From: Candidatus Hydrothermarchaeota archaeon
Lineage (GTDB): Archaea; CAYFZR01
Length of the DNA stretch: 64,000 bases
Direction of reading: 5' to 3'
NCBI GenBank assembly: GCA_046760505.1
Contig: JBHIEG010000005.1
Coordinates: forward strand, 21,868 to 85,867
Shown: positions 9,373 through 19,334 of the stretch, one piece after another
Layout: every line of letters starts with the position of its first letter
Numbering within the stretch: position 1 is the first letter of the stretch
Program-made: the position numbers and the translations under genes
The notes under the pieces: generated by a model
The model's database searches: none
Told to the model about the DNA's origin: nothing
The model's input: the letters and a program-made list of their open reading frames with translations, nothing else

Positions 9373-10584
9373 ATGAAGTATATATTGATTGTGGCAGATG
9401 GGATGTCTGATTATCCCGTTGAAGAACTCAATGGTAAAACGCCATTAATGATCTCTGAAAAACCAAACATCGATGAAATAGCACTTAAGGGTAGATGTGG
9501 CCTTCTAAAGACCATACCAAACGACATGCCTGCGGGTAGCGATATAGCTAATTTATCAATCCTTGGGTACGATCCAAGAATATATTATACGGGAAGAGGA
9601 CCCCTTGAGGCCGCGAGTATTGGCATACCTCTTGGGAAATCAGACATAGCCTTTAGATGTAACTTGATTACGGTAGAAAAGGGAGAGATTAAAGACTATA
9701 GCGCAGGGCACATATCAGACGGTGAAAGTAGAGAGTTGATAGACACTCTGAATCAAAGATTTGGCTCTGACAAAATCTGTTTTTACTCTGGTGTAAGCTA
9801 CAGGAACCTAATGGTTTTAAAGGACGACATAAACCCAGAAGATATCGAAACAACGCCGCCTCATGATGCGTTGGGCAAAAAAATAAAAGAGGTTCTTATC
9901 AGATCTAAAGAAAGATCCAAAACAGGTCTTATAAATATTTTGAACGATATAGTTGTTGATTCAAAAAAAGTACTTGAAAAACATCCTGTAAATATAAAAA
10001 GAATAGAAGAGGGAAAAAATCCTGCCAACATGATATGGCTGTGGGGACAAGGTAGAGCTCCAAAAATGACCCCTTTCTTGGAAAAATATAATCTGAGAGG
10101 CTCGGTTATATCTGCAGTTGACCTGATAAAGGGAATAGGCGTATTTACCAAAATGAACGTTATAAATGTCCCTGGAGCAACCGGATATTACAATACAGAT
10201 TATAAGGCCAAAGCCGAATACACTTTAAGGGCACTTGAGGATTCTGATTTCGTTTTCCTGCATATTGAATCTCCTGATGAAGCGGGTCATGCGGGAGATA
10301 TTGAAGAGAAGGTGAAGGCGATTGAAAGAATTGACAAATTCGTAGTAGGCAGGATATTGGATTCAGGAATCGAAGATCTATCCATAGGAATTATGTCGGA
10401 TCACCATACGCCGGTAAGTGTGAAAACACACGTTAAAGATCCAGCCCCCTTTGCATTATACGATCCTCTAAAAGAGGGGGATGATGTCAAAAAATTTGAT
10501 GAGGAATCCGTAAGGAAGGGGATTTTTGGCATAATTGAAGAAGGTTTTTTGAGAACTTTCTTCAAAGTTGAAAAATTAAAATAG
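9373..10584 (+). CDS. apgM: cofactor-independent phosphoglycerate mutase, archaeal type
   Basis: ADGMSD, GKTPL, AGSDIANLSILGY, PDEAGH, SDHHTP. Confidence 0.92.
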   Translation: MKYILIVADGMSDYPVEELNGKTPLMISEKPNIDEIALKGRCGLLKTIPNDMPAGSDIANLSILGYDPRIYYTGRGPLEAASIGIPLGKSDIAFRCNLITVEKGEIKDYSAGHISDGESRELIDTLNQRFGSDKICFYSGVSYRNLMVLKDDINPEDIETTPPHDALGKKIKEVLIRSKERSKTGLINILNDIVVDSKKVLEKHPVNIKRIEEGKNPANMIWLWGQGRAPKMTPFLEKYNLRGSVISAVDLIKGIGVFTKMNVINVPGATGYYNTDYKAKAEYTLRALEDSDFVFLHIESPDEAGHAGDIEEKVKAIERIDKFVVGRILDSGIEDLSIGIMSDHHTPVSVKTHVKDPAPFALYDPLKEGDDVKKFDEESVRKGIFGIIEEGFLRTFFKVEKLK

Positions 10585-10606
10585 TATAACTGAACATTTT
10601 TGATCG

Positions 10607-11836
10607 ATGCCCCGATACAGAAGCACTCCAAGAAGTAAAATAAGGGACGAAGAAAGCGCCATGTACGTGATAACGCTTACAGGAAACGACCGGCCTGGAC
10701 TAATAGCAGGAATAACCTCTGTACTCGCAAAACACCACGTTAACATCGTGGACATCGAGCAAACGGCTCTCCAAGGCCTCTTTTTAATGTTTACCATAGT
10801 AGATTTTAAAACCAGCGACTCTTCCTTCAAGACCGTAATGAAAGAACTCCGGGAAGAGGCGAATAAATTAGGATTGGATATCCAGATAACGCCATACCAC
10901 AGATATGCGGCACTGAGAAGATTGGAAAGAAAGAAGTTGTACGTCGTTACTGTATTAGGCAGAGACAGGCCAGGCATCGTATATGCATTATCCAGTTTGT
11001 TTGCGAGCATGGGGGTAAACATTGAAAAAACCCAGTTAATTGCCAGAGGAGACATTATTTCCCTTCAAATGACGATTGATATAAGAGACTGCGATCTTCC
11101 ATCACTCAAAGAAAAGGTTGCCAAAAAATGCGAAGAACTGGGTCTAGATGCTGTAGTACAAGATTATGATATTTACAAGAAGGAGAAACGCCTTATCGTT
11201 TTCGATATGGACTCTACAATTGTGGATGTTGAAATAATAAATGAACTTGCCAAGGCGGCTGGAGTCAGTGAAAGGGTTGAAGACATAACCAAACTTGCAA
11301 AGCGCGGTGAGATCGATTTTGAACAATCTCTAAGAGAAAGAGTTAGACTTCTCAAGGGCTTGTCCGTCGATGTTCTTGAAAAAATATCAGAAAATCTCAC
11401 GTTTACCCCTGGAACAGAAGAACTAATTACTGCACTCAAGAGAAGCGGTTACAAAATAGCCTTAATAAGCGGAGGATTTTCGTACTTTACGGATAAAATA
11501 CGAGAAAAGCTTGGATTTGACTATGCATTTGGCAATAAATTGGTCATAAAGGACGGTATAGTAACCGGTGAAATAGAAGGTCCGATAATCGATGCGGAGG
11601 CGAAGGGAAGAATCATACGGGAATTATCACAAAAAGAGGGTATCTCACCTGATCAAATTGTTGCCGTTGGAGACAGCGCCAACGATAGGATCATGTTACA
11701 AAATGCAGGTTTAGGTGTTGCATTTAACGCGGAAGAGATTTTAAGATACGTATCAGATGGCTCTCTCTCTAAGAATAATCTCATTGGGCTATTGAATGTC
11801 TTGGGATTATCTGATGTCGACTTAAAAGGCGATTAA
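10607..11836 (+). CDS. serB: phosphoserine phosphatase with two ACT domains
   Basis: GNDRPGL and GRDRPGIV ACT motifs, HAD motif DMDST, ISGGF, GDSANDRIM; start may be ATG 10661. Confidence 0.93.
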   Translation: MPRYRSTPRSKIRDEESAMYVITLTGNDRPGLIAGITSVLAKHHVNIVDIEQTALQGLFLMFTIVDFKTSDSSFKTVMKELREEANKLGLDIQITPYHRYAALRRLERKKLYVVTVLGRDRPGIVYALSSLFASMGVNIEKTQLIARGDIISLQMTIDIRDCDLPSLKEKVAKKCEELGLDAVVQDYDIYKKEKRLIVFDMDSTIVDVEIINELAKAAGVSERVEDITKLAKRGEIDFEQSLRERVRLLKGLSVDVLEKISENLTFTPGTEELITALKRSGYKIALISGGFSYFTDKIREKLGFDYAFGNKLVIKDGIVTGEIEGPIIDAEAKGRIIRELSQKEGISPDQIVAVGDSANDRIMLQNAGLGVAFNAEEILRYVSDGSLSKNNLIGLLNVLGLSDVDLKGD

Positions 11837-12454
11837 GTGATGAGAATTATAGCAAGAGGTGCAGAGGCAGTTATCTACCTTAGAGAATGGCACGGAGAAC
11901 ACGTTATTGAAAAGAGAAGAATTGAGAAAAAGTATCGTGTTCGTAATCTTGACGAAAGGCTGAGATACGAAAGAACTAAAAAAGAAGCCAAACTCCTGAG
12001 ATTGGCAAGGGAAAGCGGCGTTCCCACACCAATTGTTTTAGATATACTGCTGAGAGGCACTTCCATTCTAATGGAGTATATTCCAGGCAAAATTCTGAGA
12101 GATATGTTGGATGGCGCTAAAAAAGAAGATAGAGATGAATTGTGCGCAAGAATAGGGGATATGATCGGAAAACTTCACAATAAGGACATAATTCATGGAG
12201 ATCTAACAACATCGAATATGATTTTCCATGAAGATCTCATATACTTTATAGATTTTGGCTTGGGGGAGATCTCGAATTCCATAGAAGACAAGGGAGTCGA
12301 CCTACATCTAATGAGAGAAGCATTTTACAGTACACATCATAGTATAGCTGAATCCTGCTATTCATCAGTGATTGATAGTTACCTCAACATAATGGATAAA
12401 GAAGTTGTCAGGAGAGTAGAAGAAATCGAAAAGAGGGGAAGGTATGCCAGATAA
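11837..12454 (+). CDS. bud32: KEOPS kinase/ATPase Bud32
   Basis: GAEA, GVPTP, HGDLTTSN, IDFGL, EDKGVDL, RGRY C-terminus. Confidence 0.95.
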   Translation: MMRIIARGAEAVIYLREWHGEHVIEKRRIEKKYRVRNLDERLRYERTKKEAKLLRLARESGVPTPIVLDILLRGTSILMEYIPGKILRDMLDGAKKEDRDELCARIGDMIGKLHNKDIIHGDLTTSNMIFHEDLIYFIDFGLGEISNSIEDKGVDLHLMREAFYSTHHSIAESCYSSVIDSYLNIMDKEVVRRVEEIEKRGRYAR

Positions 12455-13019
12455 AAAAATTATAGATAAAATAGCCATAGTTACAACCAACACCGGAAAA
12501 ATGAGGGAGTTTGAGGAGTTACTTGGCGATTACATCGAGCTAGAACAAGTCAAATTAGAATGCCCAGAGATTCAATCAGAATCGCTTGAAGAGATATCCT
12601 GCCACTCTGCTATTTTTGCCTGCAAGGTGATAAACATGCCTGTAATTGTTGAGGATTCTGGTTTGTTCATTCATGCGCTTAAAGGATTCCCCGGCCCTTA
12701 CTCATCCTATGTTCAAAAAACCATAGGGAACGAGGGAATACTTAAGTTGATGGAGGGTTTAAAAAACAGAAAGGCTTACTTCAAATCGGTTATAGGCTTT
12801 TGTATGCCCGATGAGGAGCCTGTTTCTTTTGAGGGAATCGTTAAAGGAAATATATCTCGGGAAATAAGGGGAGAGGAAGGCTTTGGTTACGACCCAATAT
12901 TCATACCAGAAGGTTATAGCAAGACGTTTGGAGAGGATAAAGAACTTAAAAATAGGATTTCACACAGGAAAAGAGCTATAGAAAATTTTGTCGCCTGGTT
13001 GGAAAAAAATAATTATTGA
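12444..13019 (+). CDS. rdgB: non-canonical purine NTP pyrophosphatase (Ham1/RdgB)
   Basis: TTNTGK, EDSGL, GFPGPYS, GFGYDPIF, SHR. Confidence 0.95.
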   Translation: MPDKKIIDKIAIVTTNTGKMREFEELLGDYIELEQVKLECPEIQSESLEEISCHSAIFACKVINMPVIVEDSGLFIHALKGFPGPYSSYVQKTIGNEGILKLMEGLKNRKAYFKSVIGFCMPDEEPVSFEGIVKGNISREIRGEEGFGYDPIFIPEGYSKTFGEDKELKNRISHRKRAIENFVAWLEKNNY

Positions 13020-13099
13020 TTGGTTTGCACACTCATGACCCAAATATTAAAATATCAAATATCAAAATATCATTACAGCAAATTTCCACGAGGTGAAGT

Positions 13100-13555
13100 A
13101 TGGCAAGAATGCACTCAAGAGCAAAAGGCTCCTCCAGATCAACGAGACCTCCAAGAACCATAGCTCCAAGTTGGGTAGAATACTCTGCGGAAGAAGTTGA
13201 GGAGCTGATAGTAAAGTACGCCAAGGAAGGTTACTCCCAAAGTGAGATAGGTACCATTCTCAGGGATCAATACGGGATCCCGCAAGCAAAACTTTTGACC
13301 GGGAAAAAGATTCAGAAAATACTTCAGGAATACGATTTGGCTCCAAAAATACCTGAAGATCTAGGAAACCTTATTAGAAGGGCAATTAGGGTAAGGAAGC
13401 ATCTATTAGAACATAAAAAAGATTTGCACTCAAGAAGGGGGCTAGAACTGCTGGAGTCTAAGATAAGAAGGCTGGCAAATTATTACAGAAGGAAGGGTGT
13501 GCTCCCGGAGGATTGGAAGTATACTCCTGAAATGGCAGAATTACTTCTTGAATGA
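13100..13555 (+). CDS. rps15: 30S ribosomal protein S15 (uS15)
   Basis: MARMHSR...[12 protein letters not shown]...[11 protein letters not shown]. Confidence 0.98.
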   Translation: MARMHSRAKGSSRSTRPPRTIAPSWVEYSAEEVEELIVKYAKEGYSQSEIGTILRDQYGIPQAKLLTGKKIQKILQEYDLAPKIPEDLGNLIRRAIRVRKHLLEHKKDLHSRRGLELLESKIRRLANYYRRKGVLPEDWKYTPEMAELLLE

Positions 13556-13560
13556 TCTAA

Positions 13561-14955
13561 ATGCCTTTTCCTGATTTAAGAGAGGCTGTACAATGGATAG
13601 AAGATAGAAAAAATGAGTGTTTTAGATGCGTTTCGCATTACGATGCTGATGGCATCTCCGCTGCTGGAATCTTGGGAAAACTCTTAATTGATCTGAAGGC
13701 TGATTTTCACTTCACCATCTTAAGGCAACTCGAGAAGGATAAAATTAAAGAGCTTGCAAGAGAGAATTATTCATACTACATATTTACAGATTTTGGAAGT
13801 GGTCAGTTACCACAGCTCCAAGAAATTTTGATAAACAATGGAAAAGAGGCAATGGTGATAGATCATCATCAGCCAGAAGAAATTAAACCCAGTAGATCTT
13901 TGCTACATATAAATGCTCATGAATTTGGCATGGATGGCTCAAGAGAGATTTCTGGTTCTGGAATGACATATCTTATTGCTAGAGGTATCTCAAAGAATTA
14001 TTCCCATCTCGCCATAGTAGGCGCCCTCGGGGATATGCAAGATAGAGATGGAAAACTCATAGGAGTAAACAGGGAAATCCTAAATGAGGGAGAAAAGGAA
14101 GGTACAATAAAGTCAGAAATTGATCTCAGGTTTTTTGGAAGATTTACACGACCTATATACAAGGCAATGGAGTATACTACAGACCCATTTATTCCGGGAA
14201 TAACTGGAAACGAAGAAAGATGTCTCGCAGTTCTTAGAGAATTGGGAATAAAGATTAAGGACGGCGAACATTGGAGAAGAGTCGTAGATCTTGACTTTGA
14301 AGAGAAAAAATCCCTTGCAACCTATTTACTTTTTAAAATTCTTGGAGATGCTCCTGAAGAAAGGGCAGAAAGCCTAATAGGAGAAGTATACACGGTATTG
14401 GGGGAGGACGATAGAAGCGAGCTAAGAGACGCCAAGAGTTTTGCTACTCTACTAAATGCGTGTGGAAGAAACAACTATGGCGGAGTGGGACTCTCCATAT
14501 GTTTGGGCGAAAGAGATTCAATGTACAAACTAGCGGAAAACATCCTTCTAGAACATAGAAGACTGTTATCTGAGAGTATAAACATTTTAAATGAGTTAGA
14601 GGTTTCTAAACTTGAAAATATACAATATTTCCATGGAAAGGAGAGAATAAAAGATTCCATAATAGGTACAGTTACTATGATGGGGCTTGGCACTAGGATA
14701 ATTGATGTTTCAAAGCCCTCGATAGGGATGGTATATGCAGAAGATAACTTGACCAAGGTTTCCGCAAGAACTACAAGAAAACTCTGTAGAATGGGTATAA
14801 ATCTAGGATTGGCTCTGAAAAAGGCATCTGAACAGGTAGGCGGAGAAGGAGGAGGTCATGATATCGCTGCTGGCGCAAAAATACCCAGGGAAAAGGAACA
14901 AGAATTTTTGAGGGCTGTGGATAGTATTGTGGGAAAACAGCTCGGTAAGGGTTAA
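13561..14955 (+). CDS. RecJ/Cdc45-like DHH nuclease (GAN-type, rps15-linked)
   Basis: HYDADG, TDFGSG, DHH, GALGDMQ, SAR, GGGHDIAAG; conserved position after rps15. Confidence 0.88.
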   Translation: MPFPDLREAVQWIEDRKNECFRCVSHYDADGISAAGILGKLLIDLKADFHFTILRQLEKDKIKELARENYSYYIFTDFGSGQLPQLQEILINNGKEAMVIDHHQPEEIKPSRSLLHINAHEFGMDGSREISGSGMTYLIARGISKNYSHLAIVGALGDMQDRDGKLIGVNREILNEGEKEGTIKSEIDLRFFGRFTRPIYKAMEYTTDPFIPGITGNEERCLAVLRELGIKIKDGEHWRRVVDLDFEEKKSLATYLLFKILGDAPEERAESLIGEVYTVLGEDDRSELRDAKSFATLLNACGRNNYGGVGLSICLGERDSMYKLAENILLEHRRLLSESINILNELEVSKLENIQYFHGKERIKDSIIGTVTMMGLGTRIIDVSKPSIGMVYAEDNLTKVSARTTRKLCRMGINLGLALKKASEQVGGEGGGHDIAAGAKIPREKEQEFLRAVDSIVGKQLGKG

Positions 14956-15181
14956 GTTGAAAATCCAGATGGATGATAAAAAAACATCGTTAACCGTTTT
15001 TAGGGCGGTTTCTCCTGAAAATAAGGAAACTCCAGAGGAAGTTATGATAAAAAGCTGGATAGAGGACGATGTTTTTTTTACAGAAATGGAATCCAAAAAC
15101 CTTCAAAAGCTGATCAGCACATTGGATGATCTCCTAGGCGCGATAATACTTAGTAAGAGATGTATTTCTGCAGTTGAATAG
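14927..15181 (+). CDS. Pcc1-family KEOPS subunit (paralog in the rps15/RecJ locus)
   Basis: AVSPEN...LISTLDDLL pattern, ~80 aa, conserved context; true start probably just after the recJ stop. Confidence 0.75.
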   Translation: MWENSSVRVKLKIQMDDKKTSLTVFRAVSPENKETPEEVMIKSWIEDDVFFTEMESKNLQKLISTLDDLLGAIILSKRCISAVE

Positions 15182-15214
15182 TGGTGCTCAGAAAATATCA
15201 CAAATTTATTGGAT

Positions 15215-15430
15215 TTATATTTCTAACTTCTCTGATATCTGGTCTAGCCGCCTTTCTATTTTTTGAAGTTCAGCGAGGAGGTCTTCAACAGTATGGCTGG
15301 TCAGTTTTTCTTCAAGCTCTATAATCCTTTCCTCTAGGTCTCTGTCCTTTTTGGAACGCGCAAGTATATCCAAGATTATATCTTCAAGTCTCTTTATTCT
15401 CTCCTCGAATTCCTGAATTTTCTCGTCCAT
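15215..15430 (-). CDS. hypothetical coiled-coil protein (71 aa)
   Basis: Heptad pattern FEERIKRLE/LEERIIELE/IERRLD. Confidence 0.6.
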   Translation of the reverse strand: MDEKIQEFEERIKRLEDIILDILARSKKDRDLEERIIELEEKLTSHTVEDLLAELQKIERRLDQISEKLEI

Positions 15431-15669
15431 CCCAGGCCCCCGTGAAGTAGGGTATTAAATGATCTTCTTGCAAGATGATTCTTTTTCTTTGGAAGCATAT
15501 ATATATTTCTATAAAACCATAAAAAATTTGAAATAAACTTCGTATCAGAGTAAAATGAGAAAGGAAGGTTTATAAGTTCCATTCAAAATAAATAGCACCT
15601 CTCCTGCTGATATGATTCAGGAAATTAAATATAAATATGCAGATAAAAACAAAATTTAGAGGCATGTAG

Positions 15670-16947
15670 ATGTTGGATATCAGATTATTCAGAGAAAATC
15701 CAGACTTAATAAGAAAATCCGAGGAAAAAAGATTTAGAGATCCCAAATTAGTAGATAAGGTTATATTCTATGATAATGAGTGGAGGAAGGCAGTACGAGA
15801 AGTAAATGAACTGAAAAGTAAGAGAAACATTATATCAAGGGAAATCTCTGAGATGAAAAAAAGAGGTGAAGACACATCATCTAAAATTAAAGAAATGCAA
15901 GAATTAAATGATAAAATCAAGAATCTAGACCGTAAAACAAGGGAATTGTTAACAAAAAGAGATGAAATTCGCTATCGTATCGGGAACATCTTGCACGATT
16001 CAGTTCCTGTGGGCCCTGATGAATCATACAACGAGATTGTGCGGGAATGGGGTAAGATTCCTAAATTTGATTTTAAGCCAAAACATCATGTAGATTTAGT
16101 TTTAGATCTAAATCTAGCTGATTTAGAAAAAGCAGCCCAGGTTTCTGGTTCAAGGTTTTACTATCTAAAAAATGACCTCTTATTTTTAAATTTAGCCTTG
16201 ATTCATCTTGCCCTAAATTATCTTGTTAGTAAGGGTTACACCCCGTTTTGGACCCCTTACCTAATAAAGAAAGAAGTAATGAGGGCTGTTTCCGAGCTAG
16301 CGGATTTTGAAGAGCAGTTATATAAAGTAGAGGGCGAAGATCTCTTCTTAATTGCAACTTCAGAACAAACCCTCGGCGCCTTGCATTTCAATGAGATCAT
16401 TGATGAAAGAGACCTTCCTTTAAAGTACACAGGGTTCTCAACTTGCTTTAGAAGAGAAGCAGGAGCCCATGGCAAAGATACAAAAGGAATCTTCAGAGTT
16501 CATCAGTTCGATAAGGTGGAGCAGTTTGTATTTTGTAAACCAGAAGATTCTTGGGATCTTCACGAGGAAATGATACAGCATGCGGAGAAACTATACCAGA
16601 TGTTGGAACTGCCCTATAGAGTGGTAAATATCGCGAGCGGAGAGATGAACGATAACGCTGCGAAAAAATATGACCTAGAGGTATGGTTTCCAAGCCAGAG
16701 TACGTACAGAGAAGTCGTTTCTTGCAGCAATTGCACAGATTACCAGGCAAGAAAACTAAATATACGTTATGGCAGGGTTGGAACGAAAAAAGAATTTGTA
16801 CACACACTAAATTCAACTGCAATTGCCACAGAGAGGACTATATGCTCTATACTTGAGAATTACCAGAGAGAAGATGGATCGGTAGAGATCCCAAAGGTAC
16901 TACGAAAATATATGGGTGGAAAGAAAGAGATACTGACTCCTGCCTGA
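15670..16947 (+). CDS. serS: seryl-tRNA synthetase, canonical type
   Basis: MLDIRLFRENP, IATSEQ, FRREAGAHG..GIFRVHQF, SCSNCTDYQAR, HTLNST. Confidence 0.97.
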   Translation: MLDIRLFRENPDLIRKSEEKRFRDPKLVDKVIFYDNEWRKAVREVNELKSKRNIISREISEMKKRGEDTSSKIKEMQELNDKIKNLDRKTRELLTKRDEIRYRIGNILHDSVPVGPDESYNEIVREWGKIPKFDFKPKHHVDLVLDLNLADLEKAAQVSGSRFYYLKNDLLFLNLALIHLALNYLVSKGYTPFWTPYLIKKEVMRAVSELADFEEQLYKVEGEDLFLIATSEQTLGALHFNEIIDERDLPLKYTGFSTCFRREAGAHGKDTKGIFRVHQFDKVEQFVFCKPEDSWDLHEEMIQHAEKLYQMLELPYRVVNIASGEMNDNAAKKYDLEVWFPSQSTYREVVSCSNCTDYQARKLNIRYGRVGTKKEFVHTLNSTAIATERTICSILENYQREDGSVEIPKVLRKYMGGKKEILTPA

Positions 16948-17017
16948 GAATTTCATGTTGCTCTTTATTCATAACCGATAGATATATAAAGCGACTCTCC
17001 ATCAAATTTGTGATCGT

Positions 17018-17611
17018 ATGGCGAAAAGAAAGAGAGTAAGTAGGAAGGCAAAAGATACATGGAAGGCAAAAAAATGGTACAAAATAATATCCCCAGAGAC
17101 CTTCGGGTCTACTCCCATCGGGGAAACTCCAAGCGACGATCCCTCAAAACTCATAGGCAGGGTTGTAGAGGTTACATTGCATGAGCTCACCGGGGATTTC
17201 AGCAAGAGTTACGTAAAATTAAGGTTTGAGATCAATGAGGTAAGAGGAGACAAGGCTTATACAAAATTCATTGGTCATTCACTTGCAAGAGATTACATAC
17301 GGAGTCTTGTAAGGAGAGGTTCAAGTAAGGTTGAGGGAATCACAGACGTATTCACAAAGGACCAGTACAAAATCAGGGTAAAGGGTCTGGTCTTTACTAC
17401 AAGAAGAACTAAAACCTCACAAGAGAGACTGATCAGAAAGAAGATGTTTGAAACCGTGGAAAAAATAGCCCAAGAAAGACCTTTTAAGCAATTCGTACAG
17501 GAAGTCGTTTTGGGTAAATTGAGTGCAGATGTGTATAAGGCGGCTCTTAAGGCATACTCCTTGAGGAGTGTTGAGATAAGAGAAACAGAGGTTCTAGCAG
17601 AGCCAGCCTAG
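17018..17611 (+). CDS. rps3ae: 30S ribosomal protein S3Ae (eS1)
   Basis: KDTWKAKKWYKI, GRVVEVTL, DYIRSLVRRGSSKV. Confidence 0.97.
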   Translation: MAKRKRVSRKAKDTWKAKKWYKIISPETFGSTPIGETPSDDPSKLIGRVVEVTLHELTGDFSKSYVKLRFEINEVRGDKAYTKFIGHSLARDYIRSLVRRGSSKVEGITDVFTKDQYKIRVKGLVFTTRRTKTSQERLIRKKMFETVEKIAQERPFKQFVQEVVLGKLSADVYKAALKAYSLRSVEIRETEVLAEPA

Positions 17612-17649
17612 TCCATTTAGAATAAATAAAAACTACACAGGATTAAAAA

Positions 17650-18414
17650 ATGACCAGAAAAATTCTAGGAGTCGTACATCTCTTACCATTGCCTGGCTCC
17701 CCAGATTTTGAGGATATTGACCTAGTATTAGAGAGAGCAAGGTCAGACACTTCAAAGTACTATGAAGCAGGCTTCGATGGAATAATAATAGAAAACTTCG
17801 GGGACATGCCCTTTGAAAAAGAAGCGAGAAAGGAAACCATCGCTTCCATGGCTATAGTAGCAAACGAAATACGTAAAACTTTTGATTTCACCATTGGAAT
17901 AAATTTACTTAGAAATGACCCTATCGGGGCTATAGCGATTGCTGGAGTCGCAAAATGCGATTTTGTCAGAATTAACGTTCATGTGGGAACATATGTAACG
18001 GATCAGGGAATAATTGAGGGAAACGCGGGTAAAACGCTCCGATACAGAAGGATGTTTCCATCCATAAAAATATATGCGGACGTTCATGTAAAGCATGCAT
18101 ATCCCCTAATGAACCTAGCAATTGAAGAAGCCGCATTGGATTGCTGGAAGAGAGGTAAAGCAGATGCCTTAATTGTTACAGGGAAACGCACGGGAGGAAA
18201 AATAGATATCGAAGAATTGAAAAGAGTTAAGCAAACTGTAGGATGTCCGGTCTTTGCAGGAAGCGGTGTGGGTAAGAATAACATATCGGAAATACTTAAA
18301 TATGCAGACGGTGCTATAATAGGAAGCCAAGTGAAGCGCAACAACGATCCTAATCAGCCAGTTGATGAGGTAAAAGCGAAAGAAATTATAAAATTGGTCA
18401 AAAGTTCTATATAA
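17650..18414 (+). CDS. BtpA/SgcQ family TIM-barrel protein
   Basis: GVVHLLPLPGSP, ENFGDMPF, ADVHVKHA, VTGKRTG, GSGV. Confidence 0.92.
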   Translation: MTRKILGVVHLLPLPGSPDFEDIDLVLERARSDTSKYYEAGFDGIIIENFGDMPFEKEARKETIASMAIVANEIRKTFDFTIGINLLRNDPIGAIAIAGVAKCDFVRINVHVGTYVTDQGIIEGNAGKTLRYRRMFPSIKIYADVHVKHAYPLMNLAIEEAALDCWKRGKADALIVTGKRTGGKIDIEELKRVKQTVGCPVFAGSGVGKNNISEILKYADGAIIGSQVKRNNDPNQPVDEVKAKEIIKLVKSSI

Positions 18415-19109
18415 TGGGGAGTTGGATGATGTTTTGGTCAAAGATTCTCATTTGCTTAGTTCTTGGAATTCTCTGTTATATGAAAAAAGTTTTTGACTTC
18501 ACTGGCTCCTTGTCTGCTTTCTTCGTTGGACTCATAGTCCTTTTTTCAACCGATTTCTCATGGTTTTTTCTTCTCCTAAGTTTTGTTTTTTTCGGTTATT
18601 TGTCAACGCGGTATAAATACGATAAAAAAAAATCCATGAACGTCGCCGAGGGAGATTCAGGAAGAAGATCTTGGAGAAATGTTATGGGAAATGGACTGAT
18701 TCCCACCATTATGGCTGTAACAGGAAACTTTCATGGTTACCTTGGAGCGGTTTCAACTGCATTGGCTGACACCTTGGCTGCTGAAATAGGTGTGTTATCG
18801 AAGACCCAGCCTCGGTTAATCACAAATCCTTCGAAGATTGTCCCGCATGGAACAGATGGCGGAGTTACTCTATTGGGCACCACAATGGGAATCATTGGTG
18901 CCTCCTTCATGGGTATTTTTGCATACGTATTGTTCCATAATCTCTACTATACCACAGTTGCCCTGTTATCAGGTTTCATCGGGTGCATGGCAGATAGCGT
19001 ACTGGGTGCCCTTCTCGAGAGAAATGGGTATATTACTGGAGATGTCGTGAATATCTGCGCAACATCCGTAGGAGCTTTCGCAGGGATATTCGTGGCTAGG
19101 GGAATTTGA
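18414..19109 (+). CDS. DUF92 (TMEM19-like) membrane protein
   Basis: RRSWRNVMGNG, ADTLAAEIG, GTDGGVT..GT, DSVLGALLE. Confidence 0.9.
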   Translation: MGSWMMFWSKILICLVLGILCYMKKVFDFTGSLSAFFVGLIVLFSTDFSWFFLLLSFVFFGYLSTRYKYDKKKSMNVAEGDSGRRSWRNVMGNGLIPTIMAVTGNFHGYLGAVSTALADTLAAEIGVLSKTQPRLITNPSKIVPHGTDGGVTLLGTTMGIIGASFMGIFAYVLFHNLYYTTVALLSGFIGCMADSVLGALLERNGYITGDVVNICATSVGAFAGIFVARGI

Positions 19110-19334
19110 TTTATTGGATAATAAGGAGTAAATAATAAGAAATAAAGTAAGAGGGAAATAAGTAATGGGTAAAATGATACAGAAAGGTACCCTAAGTAAA
19201 TTATATTTTTAAATTAGGTGAAATTAAATTATGCCGGGTATAAATTACACTGGATATGCTATATAGGTAACTAAATTCAGTTTACCATGATAAAGATAAT
19301 AAGTTTAAAATAATAAGTTAAGGAAGTGAACTGA

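Noticed and set aside
19111-19124. TTATTGGATAATAA also present at 54724-54737
   Set aside because: A 14-nt AT-rich match between two AT-rich spacers is plausible by chance; no shared context
19110-19334. Long AT-rich spacer with a TTACACTGGATA ORB-like word as a possible replication origin
   Set aside because: Single weak match, no G-string, no cdc6/orc1 nearby
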